A stretch of DNA of 64,000 nucleotides, taken from Octopus sinensis. Its lineage: Eukaryota. A program made the position numbers and the translations under genes. The notes beneath the pieces were generated by a model, which saw nothing but the letters and a program-made list of their open reading frames with translations, searched no databases and was not told the origin of the DNA. The DNA is taken from contig NC_043020.1 of assembly GCF_006345805.1 (NCBI RefSeq), positions 30,132,001-30,196,000 of the forward strand, given 5' to 3'. Shown one piece after another: positions 1 to 12,200 of this stretch (within the stretch, counting starts at the first letter, position 1; the number at the start of each line of letters is the position of its first letter).

Positions 1-1010
1 CTTCGGACTTAGTATAACTATAGATACTAACCTGACGGTTGTCAATTTCTTAGACGTTTCCTTAGATCTTAATAAGAATATTTATAAGCCTTATAGGAAG
101 CCCAATGATAGACTAAGTTATATTAATGTAGGTTCATGCCATCCCCCTATAGTATTCAAAAATTTAGTTTAAAATATTAGTAAGAGGATTTCTAGCCTCT
201 CATCTGATGAGGACATCTTCAATAGCGTTGCCCCAGTTTATAATAAGGCTTTAAAAGATAGTGGTTTTAGCGAAAAAATAAAATATACACCCATTACTAG
301 CCCAGCAGTAAGGAAAAGGAATAATAGAAATAGGAAGGTCATCTGGTTTACGCCCCCTTACTCACCCGAGGTGGCCTTCAATATAGGTAAATATTTCCTA
401 GCACTGATAGATAGACATTTTCCAGTTAACTATACTTATAGGAAACTCTTCAATAGACACAATTTAAAAATTAGTTTTAGTTCCACTACAAATTTTAAAA
501 ACATAATCAAACATAACATACAAAAAACACAACAAGAAAACAGCTGTTCATGCAGGAATAAAGAATTGTGCCCGCTAAATGGAGCTTGCATGTCCAAGAC
601 ATCATATATGAAGCTACCGTAAACTCTATAACCACTAAAGACAACCGTTTCGACGAAGAAATACGTGGGCCTGACAGAGGGTAATTTCAAGGCCAGGTTC
701 AATAACCACACTTTGAGCTTGAGGCACTGGAACAAAAGAAAAGCGACACAATTATCTAATCATATTTGGTCTTTAAGAGATAAAGGTGTCGATTATAACA
801 TACATTGGAAGATTTTGGCCAGATGTAAGCCCTATACCAACGGCAGCGGAAGGTGCGGTCTATGCGACATGGAGAGATGGCTTATCTGGAAAAGCAGCTT
901 AGACCCTACTACATGTCTATACACAAAGACAGAACTTTTCGGATCATGCCCACATGTGACTAAATTTCTGTTACGTTTTTGGTCCCCTAAAGAAAACAGA
1001 TAGAACATGC
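1..1010 (+). mobile_element. Penelope-like retroelement (PLE #1), 3' part: RT thumb/C-terminus plus GIY-YIG endonuclease, with stop/frameshift; runs off the window start
   Basis: Translation gives VVNFLDVSLDL, WFTPPYS, CSCRNKELCPLNGAC, YVGLTEGNFKARFNNH, TQLSNHIW, RCGLCDME and KTELFGSCPH, typical of PLE RT-EN proteins. Confidence 0.9.
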
Positions 1011-1205
1011 TTTCTATGTTATGTCCCAAGGAGATTTTATATATTTTATATATTTTTTATATATTTTTTATGTATTTTTATATAATTTTTATGGCGAAAA
1101 ATGCGAGCGATGTATAAGTACGCAGGCAAGCAGAGTTATAACACAGTAATTTCCCTTTGTATAACGGTATTTTTTCATATTTTTTCATAGCGTTTTCAAA
1201 TAGCC

Positions 1206-1265
1206 AGATAACCGAAGAGATGTCGTGGATTCCCACTTCGGCATCTGAAACTCAGAGTTTTATCT
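1206..1265 (+). ncRNA. Minimal type I hammerhead-ribozyme-like motif in the 3' pLTR of PLE #1 (U4C core variant)
   Basis: Stem I agataa/ttatct; core CCGAAGA; stem II GATG..CATC; GAAA; near-palindromic stem III CTC-A-GAG; GUU cleavage triplet. Confidence 0.6.
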
Positions 1266-1289
1266 GACTATCGAGTAATGTAACATATA

Positions 1290-1320
<31 letters not shown>

Positions 1321-1473
1321 ATGTATATATATATATATATATTATATATATATATATATACAATTATATGTTACATTACTCGATAGTCAAGATAAAACTT
1401 ATACATATATAAGCAAAAATGCTAGTTTTAAAATCTCTCTCATTGATCAGCGCAGTAGTTGTACTAACAAGTA

Positions 1474-1918
1474 ATATTCGTAGCCACTTCAGCAGACTCT
1501 ACTGCGATTTATTAACCCCAAGAGGACATCTCCTTTAGCTGGTTAACGAGGCAGAGCTGCATCCGATAAACTACGAGCAGGGAAGCGAACCCCTGCCACC
1601 TTCTAGCGACGGGATTAGCAGATCCGTCCTGGTTTCGGGCTATTTCTGTCACTCTTCAGTACTGGATACATCGTCTACTAGAGATGTCAGTAGCTCGCTT
1701 CTGCACGCAATATATTTCAAGCGAACGAAATAGCCCGAAACCAGGACTGCTCTGCTGGTCCCGTTGCTAGGAGGTGGTAAGGGTTCGCTTCCTTGCTCGC
1801 AATTTATTGGATGCAGGTCTGCATCGTTAACCAGCCAGAGGAGATGTCCTCTTGGAGGTTAAAAAATCGCAGTAGAGTCCGTTCTAACGGACAGCCATGT
1901 TGAAGTGGCTACGGATAT
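1474..1918. mobile_element. Foldback/MITE-like element with ~170-190 bp inverted arms
   Basis: 1474-1646 matches the reverse complement of 1727-1918 (e.g. agaggacatctcct/aggagatgtcctct; gtcctggtttcgggctatttc/gaaatagcccgaaaccaggac); 80-nt spacer. Confidence 0.8.
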
Positions 1919-2144
1919 CATATATCCAAAAGTGGGCCGAGTAGAAGCTGTCCCAGAAAAGACGGGCAGAGTTGGCGAATGCCTGAATCTGTTTCTGCTA
2001 TTTTTTTTTTTTTTTTACTTCTTACACACTTTTATGTGGCCCTACAACAACGCTTGACAACGGCGTTGGTTTGTTTATGATTCCGTGACTCAGCGGTTCG
2101 AAAAAAGAACTGATAGAATAAGTACCAGGCTTAAAAATAATACT

Positions 2145-4120
2145 AAAAAAAAAAAAAAACTAAATAAGTTCCGGAGTCGATTTGTTCGACCAAAGACGGG
2201 GAATCGGTTTGTCACGTCTTTGCGTAATCCCAGTTCTGTACCTCGCGTTTTCTACCTTCACAAACGTTCTTTTGTGAACTCTTCGAGGAAAACACAACAA
2301 CAACAACAACAACAACTACTACTACTACTACTACTATTTTGTTTGGCTTGCATTGATGCGACTGAATTTTAATAGAAATTTATTTAATGCGAATTTTATT
2401 TTTATTTTTATTTAAATTTTTTTTTGCTATAAGGTAAAAATAATAGAAATTATTCAAATATTTTTTTATTAATGTAAAATACAAGAATATTTTATCTTTA
2501 TTTCTTTAGGTGAACTATTTAACATATCTGACGCCCTGGGGATTGAATAACAAAAGATGAAGACGAAAACGAAAAAGAAGTCGATTAAATGAAATCACCC
2601 ACGGCTAGAATTGTGAACCGGCGAATCTTTGTATTGAGTCGCTGATTTATTTGGTATTTGGCGAGAATTGTTTGGAAATTTTGGTTTTAAGAAACGAATG
2701 ATGTATAATTGTATAAATTGAATACCATTACAAAGCGGTGTCTTGGCAGAATTATTGCAGCGTCGGAATTAAGAAGCGCTTTTCGGTTCTTGACGTTCTG
2801 ATTTCAAATATCGCCAAGGTCGACTTTGCTTTTCAGACTATCGGGGTCGATGAAATAAAGCAATAGTCAAGGAATGGAGCTGAAGTAATCGGCTTGTCCT
2901 CTCCCTTCAAAATTAGAAAGGATTATTTGAATATCAAGAGCGGCGAGTTGATCAAAATCGTTCGAGCAGCGGGAAAAAATACATTTCTTCCGGATCTTTT
3001 ATGTTCGGAGGTCAATTTTGCCCTTCATTCTTTCAGATCAACGAAATAAGTACCTAAGTCAAGAACTGGGGGTGTTGGTATCGACTATCCACCCGCCTCA
3101 AAGTTGCTGGTCCGGTGCCAAAATAAAAAAAAAAAAAAAACTAAATAAGTTCCGGAGTCGATTTGTTCGACCAAAGACGGGGAATCGGTTTGTCACGTCT
3201 TTGCGTAATCCCAGTTCTGTACCTCGCGTTTTCTACCTTCACAAACGTTCTTTTGTGAACTCTTCGAGGAAAACACAACAACAACAACAACAACAACTAC
3301 TACTACTACTACTACTATTTTGTTTGGCTTGCATTGATGCGACTGAATTTTAATAGAAATTTATTTAATGCGAATTTTATTTTTATTTTTATTTAAATTT
3401 TTTTTTGCTATAAGGTAAAAATAATAGAAATTATTCAAATATTTTTTTATTAATGTAAAATACAAGAATATTTTATCTTTATTTCTTTAGGTGAACTATT
3501 TAACATATCTGACGCCCTGGGGATTGAATAACAAAAGATGAAGACGAAAACGAAAAAGAAGTCGATTAAATGAAATCACCCACGGCTAGAATTGTGAACC
3601 GGCGAATCTTTGTATTGAGTCGCTGATTTATTTGGTATTTGGCGAGAATTGTTTGGAAATTTTGGTTTTAAGAAACGAATGATGTATAATTGTATAAATT
3701 GAATACCATTACAAAGCGGTGTCTTGGCAGAATTATTGCAGCGTCGGAATTAAGAAGCGCTTTTCGGTTCTTGACGTTCTGATTTCAAATATCGCCAAGG
3801 TCGACTTTGCTTTTCAGACTATCGGGGTCGATGAAATAAAGCAATAGTCAAGGAATGGAGCTGAAGTAATCGGCTTGTCCTCTCCCTTCAAAATTAGAAA
3901 GGATTATTTGAATATCAAGAGCGCGGCGAGTTGATCAAAATCGTTCGAGCAGCGGGAAAAAATACATTTCTTCCGGATCTTTTATGTTCGGAGGTCAATT
4001 TTGCCCTTCATTCTTTCAGATCAACGAAATAAGTACCTAAGTCAAGAACTGGGGGTGTTGGTATCGACTATCCACCCGCCTCAAAGTTGCTGGTCCGGTG
4101 CCAAAATAAAAAAAAAAAAC
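2145..4120 (+). repeat. Near-perfect tandem duplication, ~981-bp unit x2
   Basis: 2161 onward is repeated at 3142 onward. The only internal difference noticed is a 2-nt indel (gagcggcg vs gagcgcggcg). All three junctions are poly-A runs. Confidence 0.92.
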
Positions 4121-4329
4121 CCATCATTTATATATCAACCAGGAGCGGCGGACAATATGCCGTGCAATATTTCTCCCGGTTCTAACGCTTTAGGTTTGAG
4201 GTTAACTTTATGTTTTATGCCCCTGGATTCGATAAAATAAAATATAAGACAGGTACACAATTCGGTGTAATTGACTAACCCCTCCCCTAAAAATTGCTAG
4301 CCTTGTGCTTAAATAAAAAACCACTACAA

Positions 4330-5220
4330 TAAAAGGCGGCGGGCTGGCTGAATCGTTAGAGCCTCGGAAAGAATGGTTTGTTGTATTCGGTTCTTTATGT
4401 TGTTAGTTCAAATCTTGTTGCAGTCAGCTTCGCCTGTCCTTTTTAGGACCAAATCTAAAAATTCGGATCGATGTTATCAACTTACATTTTCGCCTCAAAA
4501 CTGCTGACCTTTGACCTAATTTAGAAATGATTTAAATATCAACTACAAAAGCTCGAACTGATCTCATTATTTCTCCATTGCAAGGGCAGCGAGCTGGCAG
4601 AACTGTTAGCATGCCGGACCAAATGGTCAGTGGCATTTCGTCCGTCTTTATGTTATGAGTTCAAATTCCGCCGAGGTCGACTTTGCCTTTCATCCTTTCG
4701 AGGATGAAAGGCAAAGTAAGTAGCCGCAAAATAAGTACCAGTTACGCACTGGGGTCGACGTAATCGGCTCAGCCCCACCTCCCACAAATTTCGGGCCTTC
4801 TGTCTATAGTAGAAAAGATTATTTCTCCATCGGAAGGGCAAGCAGCGAGCTGAGCTGGTAGAATCGTCAGCACGCCGGACGAGATGCTCAGCGACATTTC
4901 GTCCGTATTTACGTTCTAAGTTCAAATTCTACCGGGATCGACTTTGTCTTTCATTCTTTCAGGGTCCACAAAATAAGTACCAGTCAAATACTGAGGCCGA
5001 CCTTATCGACTTTTCTCTCCCCCTAAAAAATGCTGTTTCTTTGCTAAAAAAGTTGAAATCGTTATTCTCCATTGGAAGGCGGCAAGCTGGCAAAATCTTG
5101 AGCGCGTCGGACAAAATGCTTCGCGGTGTTTTTTCCGGTTCTTAGCGTTCTGAGTTCAAATCCAGCTGAGGTCATCTTTGCCTTTCGTCCTTTCAGAATT
5201 GATGGAATATGTACCGCTCA
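4330..5220 (+). mobile_element. Cluster of tRNA-derived SINE copies (ggcggcgagctggcagaatcgttagc family)
   Basis: Repeated diverged copies of ggc(g)agctggcagaa..gagttcaaat..gtcgactttgcctttcatcc..aagtaccag. Confidence 0.8.
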
Positions 5221-5241
5221 AGCACTATGACCAATGGTATC

Positions 5242-5473
5242 TATTTCTTTATTACACACAAGGGGCTAAACACAGAGGGGACAAATAAAGACAGACATAG
5301 GTATTAAGTCGATTACATCGACCCCAGTGTGTAACTGGTACTTAATTTATCGATCCCGAAAGGATGAAAGGCAAAGTCGACCTCGGCGGAATTTGAACTC
5401 ACAACGTAACGGCAGACGAAATACCGCTAAGCATTTCGCCCGGGGCGCTAACTTTTCTGCCAGCTCGCCGCCT
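5242..5473 (-). mobile_element. Young full-length SINE with a 16-bp target-site duplication
   Basis: Reverse complement of the SINE consensus, flanked by tatgaccaatggtatc at 5226-5241 and 5474-5489. Confidence 0.9.
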
Positions 5474-6994
5474 TATGACCAATGGTATCGACACACTCTT
5501 TGCCTTCTATAAAAAAAATAAATGACAAATAACTAAAATATTCCATAATTGCCTTAAAATGTTCTGTTAATTACTAACAGTCATTAACACGACAATTAAG
5601 TGAGAGCACGAGAGTCCAGTGCACTTGTGTTCCGGATAATCTTGATGAGTAACGGACGAAAAGGATTTTCTTAATCGAAAACTTCTAAAATATGAAATAC
5701 GATGATGGTTGGATATTTACTCCTTGAAATAAGGGATCCAAATAATTATCACATAACCCCTGCAGTTATTTTAATGAATGATGCCCTCCTTAAGCATCAG
5801 CCTTCTTTTGTATAAAAATATTTCTACAGAGCTTCTCAGTTGTGTCTAGGGAAGGTCATTATGCCAACGAACGCGCACACACACACTGGCTCTATTTCAC
5901 TTCTTTATCATTTATTTTTCAATTGATTAAGTGTTTAACCTATTGACAAATCGATTTTTTAATTAATAGTCCTGTTAATCAATCAATCAATCAACCAATC
6001 AGCAAGATTTGTGAAAGTGCTTTCGTCACCATTCGCGACCGCATCAGTGTCGTTTCTTCTCTGCTCTAGGTTTGTTTATCTGTTTGTCTGTCTGTCTGTG
6101 TCCGAGATACAACAAAAAATATTACATGACATCACATCAAGAAACTTGTAAAGTAAATACGAAAACGATGACCTGTACGAAGCCCTTTTTCTAAATTTAT
6201 AGTCTAGTTTAATAGACATCTTGAATTTATGACGCCTGATGAGGGGGACAAAGTAGGTTTATACTTGTATGATCTGGATGCTGCAGTTACCGGTTTCTCT
6301 AATAAAATTGCAGAAAGAAGGAAATTGCAGAAAGAATGAAATTGCCGAAAGAAAGAAACAGAAAGAAAAACGAATGAAATGTCCATCAACAATGTTTAAG
6401 AGCAAAAGATTTCGTTAAATCTTTTATATTTCCCTTGTGTCAGTCGTTAGACCGTGGCCACGCTGGGGCACCACCTTGAAGAATTTTTAGTCGAAGGAAT
6501 CGACCACAGTAATTTTTTAAAGCTTAATATTTATTCTTTCGGTCTGTCTAGCCGAACTGCCATGTTACGAGGGCGTAAACAAACCGACACCGGTTGCCAA
6601 CCTGTGGTGGACACACGCGCGCACACGCACACAAATATATTTCAGTGCCTTCTGTTTCTTTCTATTACACTCTATACTATTATAACAGTGTTTTGGACCA
6701 TTCATGTATTGAGTTCTACGCCAGATTATTAGTCTCACACAACCTAAGCGAATTATTAATACACACACACACACACACACACACATGCATAGCACACACG
6801 TATACATACAAAGATACACACATTTTTTCAAAAATCGATATCGCAGCCATATTGCCTGATTCAATAGAATCGATAAGAGGCATCCTACCTCAACCGGCGG
6901 ACCTAATATGGAGATTAAAAGAAGCCGGAATAGAGTATTACTTTGTCCATAATAAACAATGTTCAAATCGTACCACACTTTTTCTAGAAATTAC

Positions 6995-7080
<86 letters not shown>

Positions 7081-7536
7081 TGGATTTGCTAAATTATTTT
7101 TAATGAAATGTAAAGGTCGATATAAATGTCCGATTCTTTGTTGTTCCGTTCTGATCGCATTCATATTTTATGCTTTTATTTAACAGTCTCTTTTTTTATT
7201 GCTGGTGTATTACATTTATTCTTCATCCCTTTTACCCTTCCATGCTTTATTTTATTGTTTTTATGAGAAGGATATTCTTGCATGTGTCTCTGTTCCATGT
7301 GGATAGTATGCTACTCCAACCAAAATATATTATTACAGTAAAAAAGCAAAATGGCAAGTAAAAACAAAAAAACAAGGGACCTCCTGAGAAGTCACCTGAG
7401 GAGATGCATCTGCACCTACGATGTATGGGAATTGTTTGTATAACATCTCACCTGTGAACGACAGGTGAGATGGGTGGAAATAGTGGTTCTGAATAAAGAG
7501 TCTCGTGAATTCCATTTCCTCTCTCTCATATTTTTA

Positions 7537-8454
7537 ACTAGCAGACGTACCCGGTAATTCCTGGGAAAGCGGGGTTTATCCCTTGGTTCCGTTCTCATAA
7601 TTGTTTCGTTAATCCAATAACAACAATACAAAATATGTGGCCCTTAAAAAGGTTTTTGTGCATTTACAGAGAATATCGAACTGTCTTACACAGGATCTTG
7701 TTTTTAAGAATACCCAATAAGTTATGAATACCCAAATTGTGAAGCCAGTTATGTAATAATTTAAAATTAGTTACCCTATAGTAAGAATTCAAATAGAGTA
7801 GCTCCGAAAAGGGCTTTAATGCGTTCCTAGAATATATAGAACATAGGAAATACTAATTAGGTATGTATACTAAAATCGTGAAGCATGTTACATAATAACG
7901 GGCTAATCAGATATGAGATAATAACAATTCAAAGTAAAAAAAACTCTGAAAAGGGCTTTTGTGCATTCCCAGAGAATATTACCCTCAGTGGTGCTAGTGT
8001 TGCTATATTCATGAATAAGTCACTAACCGAAATAAGTGAATCAGTTGTGTTTAGGAAAATACTATTTACTTGTTAAGGGTTGTACTGGATAAAGTGCGAA
8101 AATAACAGTTCAAATATTAAGAAATAAGCATACTTAACTTCATTTTTACATTTTTACCAAATAATTTAGGAAAATGAATGGTTTATTTACCTTGGCTATA
8201 ATTAAGGATCCCTTCTAGGGGCGAATGAGTTATTTCCCTTGGTTTTAAAAATAAAATATATTAGATATATATAAGGATCTCCTCCAGGGGTCCTATTATC
8301 GATTTTTTTCAACAATCTGAGTATGCCATAAGGTTTCCAGACATGAGTTCTACTCACGTGTCAAGTTTCAACAAAATCGATAAAACGATGTAGGAGTTAA
8401 CTAACAACTCCACAAACACAACCACAGACAGAATTTCCCACAAATGTAGAAGAT
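7537..8454 (+). mobile_element. Non-autonomous Helitron/Helentron-like (DINE/HINE-type) element
   Basis: Starts actagcagacgtacccggtaattcctggg; ends aagtttcaacaaaatcg..acagacagaatttcccacaaatgtagaagat. These termini resemble DINE-like elements, but this is recognition from memory only. Confidence 0.4.
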
Positions 8455-8724
8455 AAACATAACAACAATAACTGATTGTTATTCCATGCCAGAGCAATCA
8501 CATATAATACCAATAAACATGGAATCTTCAAACTTTTTGTTTGATTTCATGTAAGATGTTATGAGCATATGCATCTAAGATTTCATTTTGTATGGCATCA
8601 GATAGGAAATCAACTCGTCATTTAAGCCGCTGACTTACGTCTGCGCCACATTTCTTTAGCAAATTCTTTTATGAGATTTACAAAGTTTCCTGTGATATGC
8701 GTTAACTTTCTCTTCGAAGATGGA

Positions 8725-8935
8725 ACTAGTAACTTCTTTTATCTTTTACTAAGGATATTCTTTGATCCTTCCACAATGGAACTGCGAACTGCTATTATCT
8801 TTTACTAAGGATTTTCTTAATTCTCTGGTCATGAAAATGCTAACCATTTTTATCTTTCACTAAGTATTATCTTTAATTCTTCAATGAACTGGTAACTACT
8901 GATATCCTTTATTAAAGATATTCCTTAATTCCTTC
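8725..8935. repeat. Degenerate minisatellite, ~55-bp unit x4
   Basis: Recurring tatcttttactaaggatattc-like core. Confidence 0.6.
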
Positions 8936-9176
8936 TCTCCAAAGACGGAATAGTTAGCTTACATAGAAACCCTTGTTCAATGACATATGATCTGCATGCT
9001 CAGCTATTCCAGAAACAGCTGTAAGAAACATTACGTATTATTTTTTAAAATCCTTTATTTACTATAAATACTCTGAAATTATGTTTGTATTATAAATTAC
9101 ATGTTCTAAAGTGAAACCACATGTTTCACTTGTTCATCTCTCTCTAATATTTAACGACCAGTTCAATGATGAACCA

Positions 9177-9240
<64 letters not shown>

Positions 9241-9249
9241 ATATATATA

Positions 9250-9446
9250 TTTATTTTATAGAAGGAGCTTCTACAGGACTAGAACTGTTTCATTCAAAAG
9301 AAATCATCAGGAAGCTAGGTGACAAGAGTAGTTTTGGCATTTATAAATTGGATAAATGCCAAAACTACTCTTGTCACCTAGCTTCCTGATAATTTCTTTT
9401 GAATGAAACAGTTCTAGTCCTGTAGAAGCTCCTTCTATAAAATAAA
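9250..9446. ncRNA. Near-perfect 95-bp-arm palindrome made of two head-to-head hammerhead-ribozyme motifs (- copy intact at 9266-9316; + copy at 9380-9430 with G8A)
   Basis: Arms 9250-9344 and 9352-9446 differ at one base; loop aaattgg. Minus strand reads agcttc-CTGATGA-tttc(tttt)gaat-GAAA-CAG(ttctagtc)CTG-TA-gaagct. Confidence 0.8.
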
Positions 9447-9541
9447 TTAATTTACTCTGCTATGTATTGAGTACCTTATTTACTGTGGTTAACCCCGACT
9501 CAACCCGGACCTACATATATATATAATATATATATATATAA

Positions 9542-9615
<74 letters not shown>

Positions 9616-9644
9616 GTTGTATGTATGTATGTATGTATGTGTCG

Positions 9645-12200
9645 CCTGTCCTTCCTCCTGCTTTTCCCACCTTCTTCTCCTCTCTGCCGCCTCTCTATGC
9701 TCCAAACACGCTACGCTTCATTATCCATTTGAATCAACTCTTCCATCAATTTCTTTCTGATACCAAACTTCGTAAACTCCAATCACTCTTCCATTCCACC
9801 CTACCCGACGCCACTACCCCAACTCCTCCACCACCCTTCTCCCCTCCCGATAGGCTCCATCCACCCACACCTAACCCCACTGCCCCTCCCTACAACCCCT
9901 TCTCCCTCCCTCCCGTTAGGCTCCATCCACCTACACCTAACCCTACTGCCCCGCCCACCACCCCACACACACCTCCCCAATCCCTCCCCCTCAGACCTCC
10001 ACGAGACCTACCACCCCTCCTACTTCTATTCACCCACACCACCCCTTCTCCACTTCCGTCTGTTGTTACCATTCCCCCCGATCTTCCCCTCTCTGCGGCT
10101 GAACGCTCCGTCCTTGGTAGGGGTCTGCGTTTCATCCCCCTCACTCCATCCTGTAAGGAATTCCAAACGCGAGTTGATGTCCACAGCTTTGTGCGCCGTG
10201 TCCGGTTGGGGGCGCATTACCACGACTCGCCACCCACACCCAACGAAGAGGACGACTGCTTCACTGGCCTGGGCCGCCGACCATCCCCGTGGACGCCTGC
10301 CCCTGGCCAGATCCTAGCAGTGGATCTTTTCGCGGGCGCTTGTCAGCGTGCATTGGAGCGGTTCAACTTCTCCAGGCGCCAACGCCGCCTCAACATCTCC
10401 CCGGCTGAGCTCTTGGCTCTTCGTTCCCTCCAACGGCGCGCTGACATTATCATCAAACCGGCTGACAAGGGTGGAGCTGTAGTGGTGTGGCGCGCGGACC
10501 TCTATAGGGCCGAGGCTTTCCGCCAACTCAATGACACCTCCTTCTATTCCCCTCTGCCCTCTAACCCCACACGTAGCTACCAACAGACGGTATCCTCTAC
10601 TGTCCAAGACCTCATCTCGTCCTCCCGTCTCCCCCGCACCGCATCCAACCTAATTGTGCGAACCCCACCATTTACTTCCTCCCCAAAATCCACAAACCCA
10701 ACAACCCTGGCCGCCCCATCGTCTCCGCCTGTAACTGCCCCACGGAGCTCATCTCTAAATACCTCGACCGTGTCCTTGCCCCCCTAGTGGCATCTCTTCC
10801 CTCCCACATCCACGATACCAACCATGCTCTCCGGCTTTCAACTCTTCTCCTTTCCTCCCGCTCCTCCAAAATCCTTTTACTATGGACATCCAAAGCCTCT
10901 ATACTGTTATCCCTCACCACGAAGGACTGCAGGCCCTTCGACACTTTCTTGACCTCCGCTCTAACCCTGTACCTGACATCTCCACACTCATTCGTCTGGC
11001 CGAACTTGTCCTTACTCTGAACTGCTTCTCGTTCGCGGGCGAGTTCTACTCAGGTCTCGGGAGTGGACATGGGAACGCGAATGGGCCCCAACTATGCGAA
11101 CCTGTTCGTTGGCTATGTTGAGACCCAAATATTCTCTAATTTCACTGGTCCCACTCCTGAACTATATGGTCGTTATATTGACGACATTATCGGTGCCACC
11201 TCACTCTCACTCCCGCGAACATCTAGATTCCTTCCTCTCTTTCATCCAATCTTTCCATCCAGCCCTCCACTTCACTTCCACTATCTCCAACACCTCTGTC
11301 TCCTTCCTCGACATTTCGGTTAGCATTCTTCACTCCACTCTTACCACCTCCATTCACTACAAACACACAGACTCACACTCATACCTCAACTTCTCTTCCT
11401 CCCACCCAGAACACAGCAAGCTTTCCATCCCCTATTCCCAATTCCTCCGTCTACGTAGGCTCTGTAGTGACGACCATGACTTTGAGACTCAGTCTCAACG
11501 TATGGCTCACCACTTCACCCTACGTGGATACCCCCTCACCACTATCCACACCGCCCTTGCCAGAGCACGGTCCGTGGACCGTGTATCTGCTCTCTCTCCC
11601 CGAACCCGCCCTGTAGTCTCCCGCCTCCTTTTTCCCCCCTCACTTACCACCCCACGACCCTACGTCTCCAACGCACCATTCTTCGAGCTTTCCGTCATCT
11701 CCAGTCCGACCCGTCCACTTCACACCTCTTCCCTAACCGACCCCTCCCCTCTTTCAAACGAGCCACAACCTTCGAGACCTTTTGGTCCATAGCTCCTTCC
11801 CTGACCCTACCTCCCAACCCGGCTCGTTCCCCTGCTCCCGCCCACGTTGCCGCACTTGCCCTTACCTCTCCAACACCACCCGCCTCACTAGCACCCACCA
11901 TCGACCCTATCCCATCATCCACTCCTTCACCTGCACCTCCAGCAATATTATCTATTGCATCTCTTGCTCTCTCTGCAATTCCTTGTACAATCGGACAAAC
12001 GGGACGCCGCTTGGCTGACCGGTTCGCGGAACACCTTCGTGACATCCACCTTGCGAACGACACACCGGTCTCACGCCATTTCCGCTCCACCGGTCACTCC
12101 TTGCAACACCTATCTGTGTTCGGTTTGTCCTTACACAGAGGCCATCCGGATTCCCGTTTGCGCCGTGAACAGAAATTAATCTCTCTCTTCGCTCTTATAC
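9645..12200 (+). mobile_element. Penelope-like retroelement (PLE #2): nearly complete RT plus Cys-rich linker plus GIY-YIG ORF, broken by several frameshifts
   Basis: Motifs IIKPADKG, PKIHK..GRPIV, MDIQSLYT, MGTRMGPNYANLF, RYIDD, VSFLDI, SIPYSQFLRLRRLCS, CSRPRCRTC, CTSSNIIYCISC..C and DRFAEHLRDI across ORFs 9606-10787, 10882-11121, 11063-11323, 11094-11792, 11782-12018 and 12011-12520. Confidence 0.93.

Noticed and set aside
6000-6400. CCAAT/Inr-like motif, donor, and a 36-codon ORF (MTPDEGDKVGLYLYDL..)
   Set aside because: No homology or consistent exon chain could be established.
6565-7103. ORFs with YIYIYI, THTHTH or RERERE runs (also at 13370-14656, 16108-16362, 40297-40765, 41850-42551, 60665-60969)
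   Set aside because: Translations of (TA)n, (CA)n, (GA)n and triplet microsatellites.
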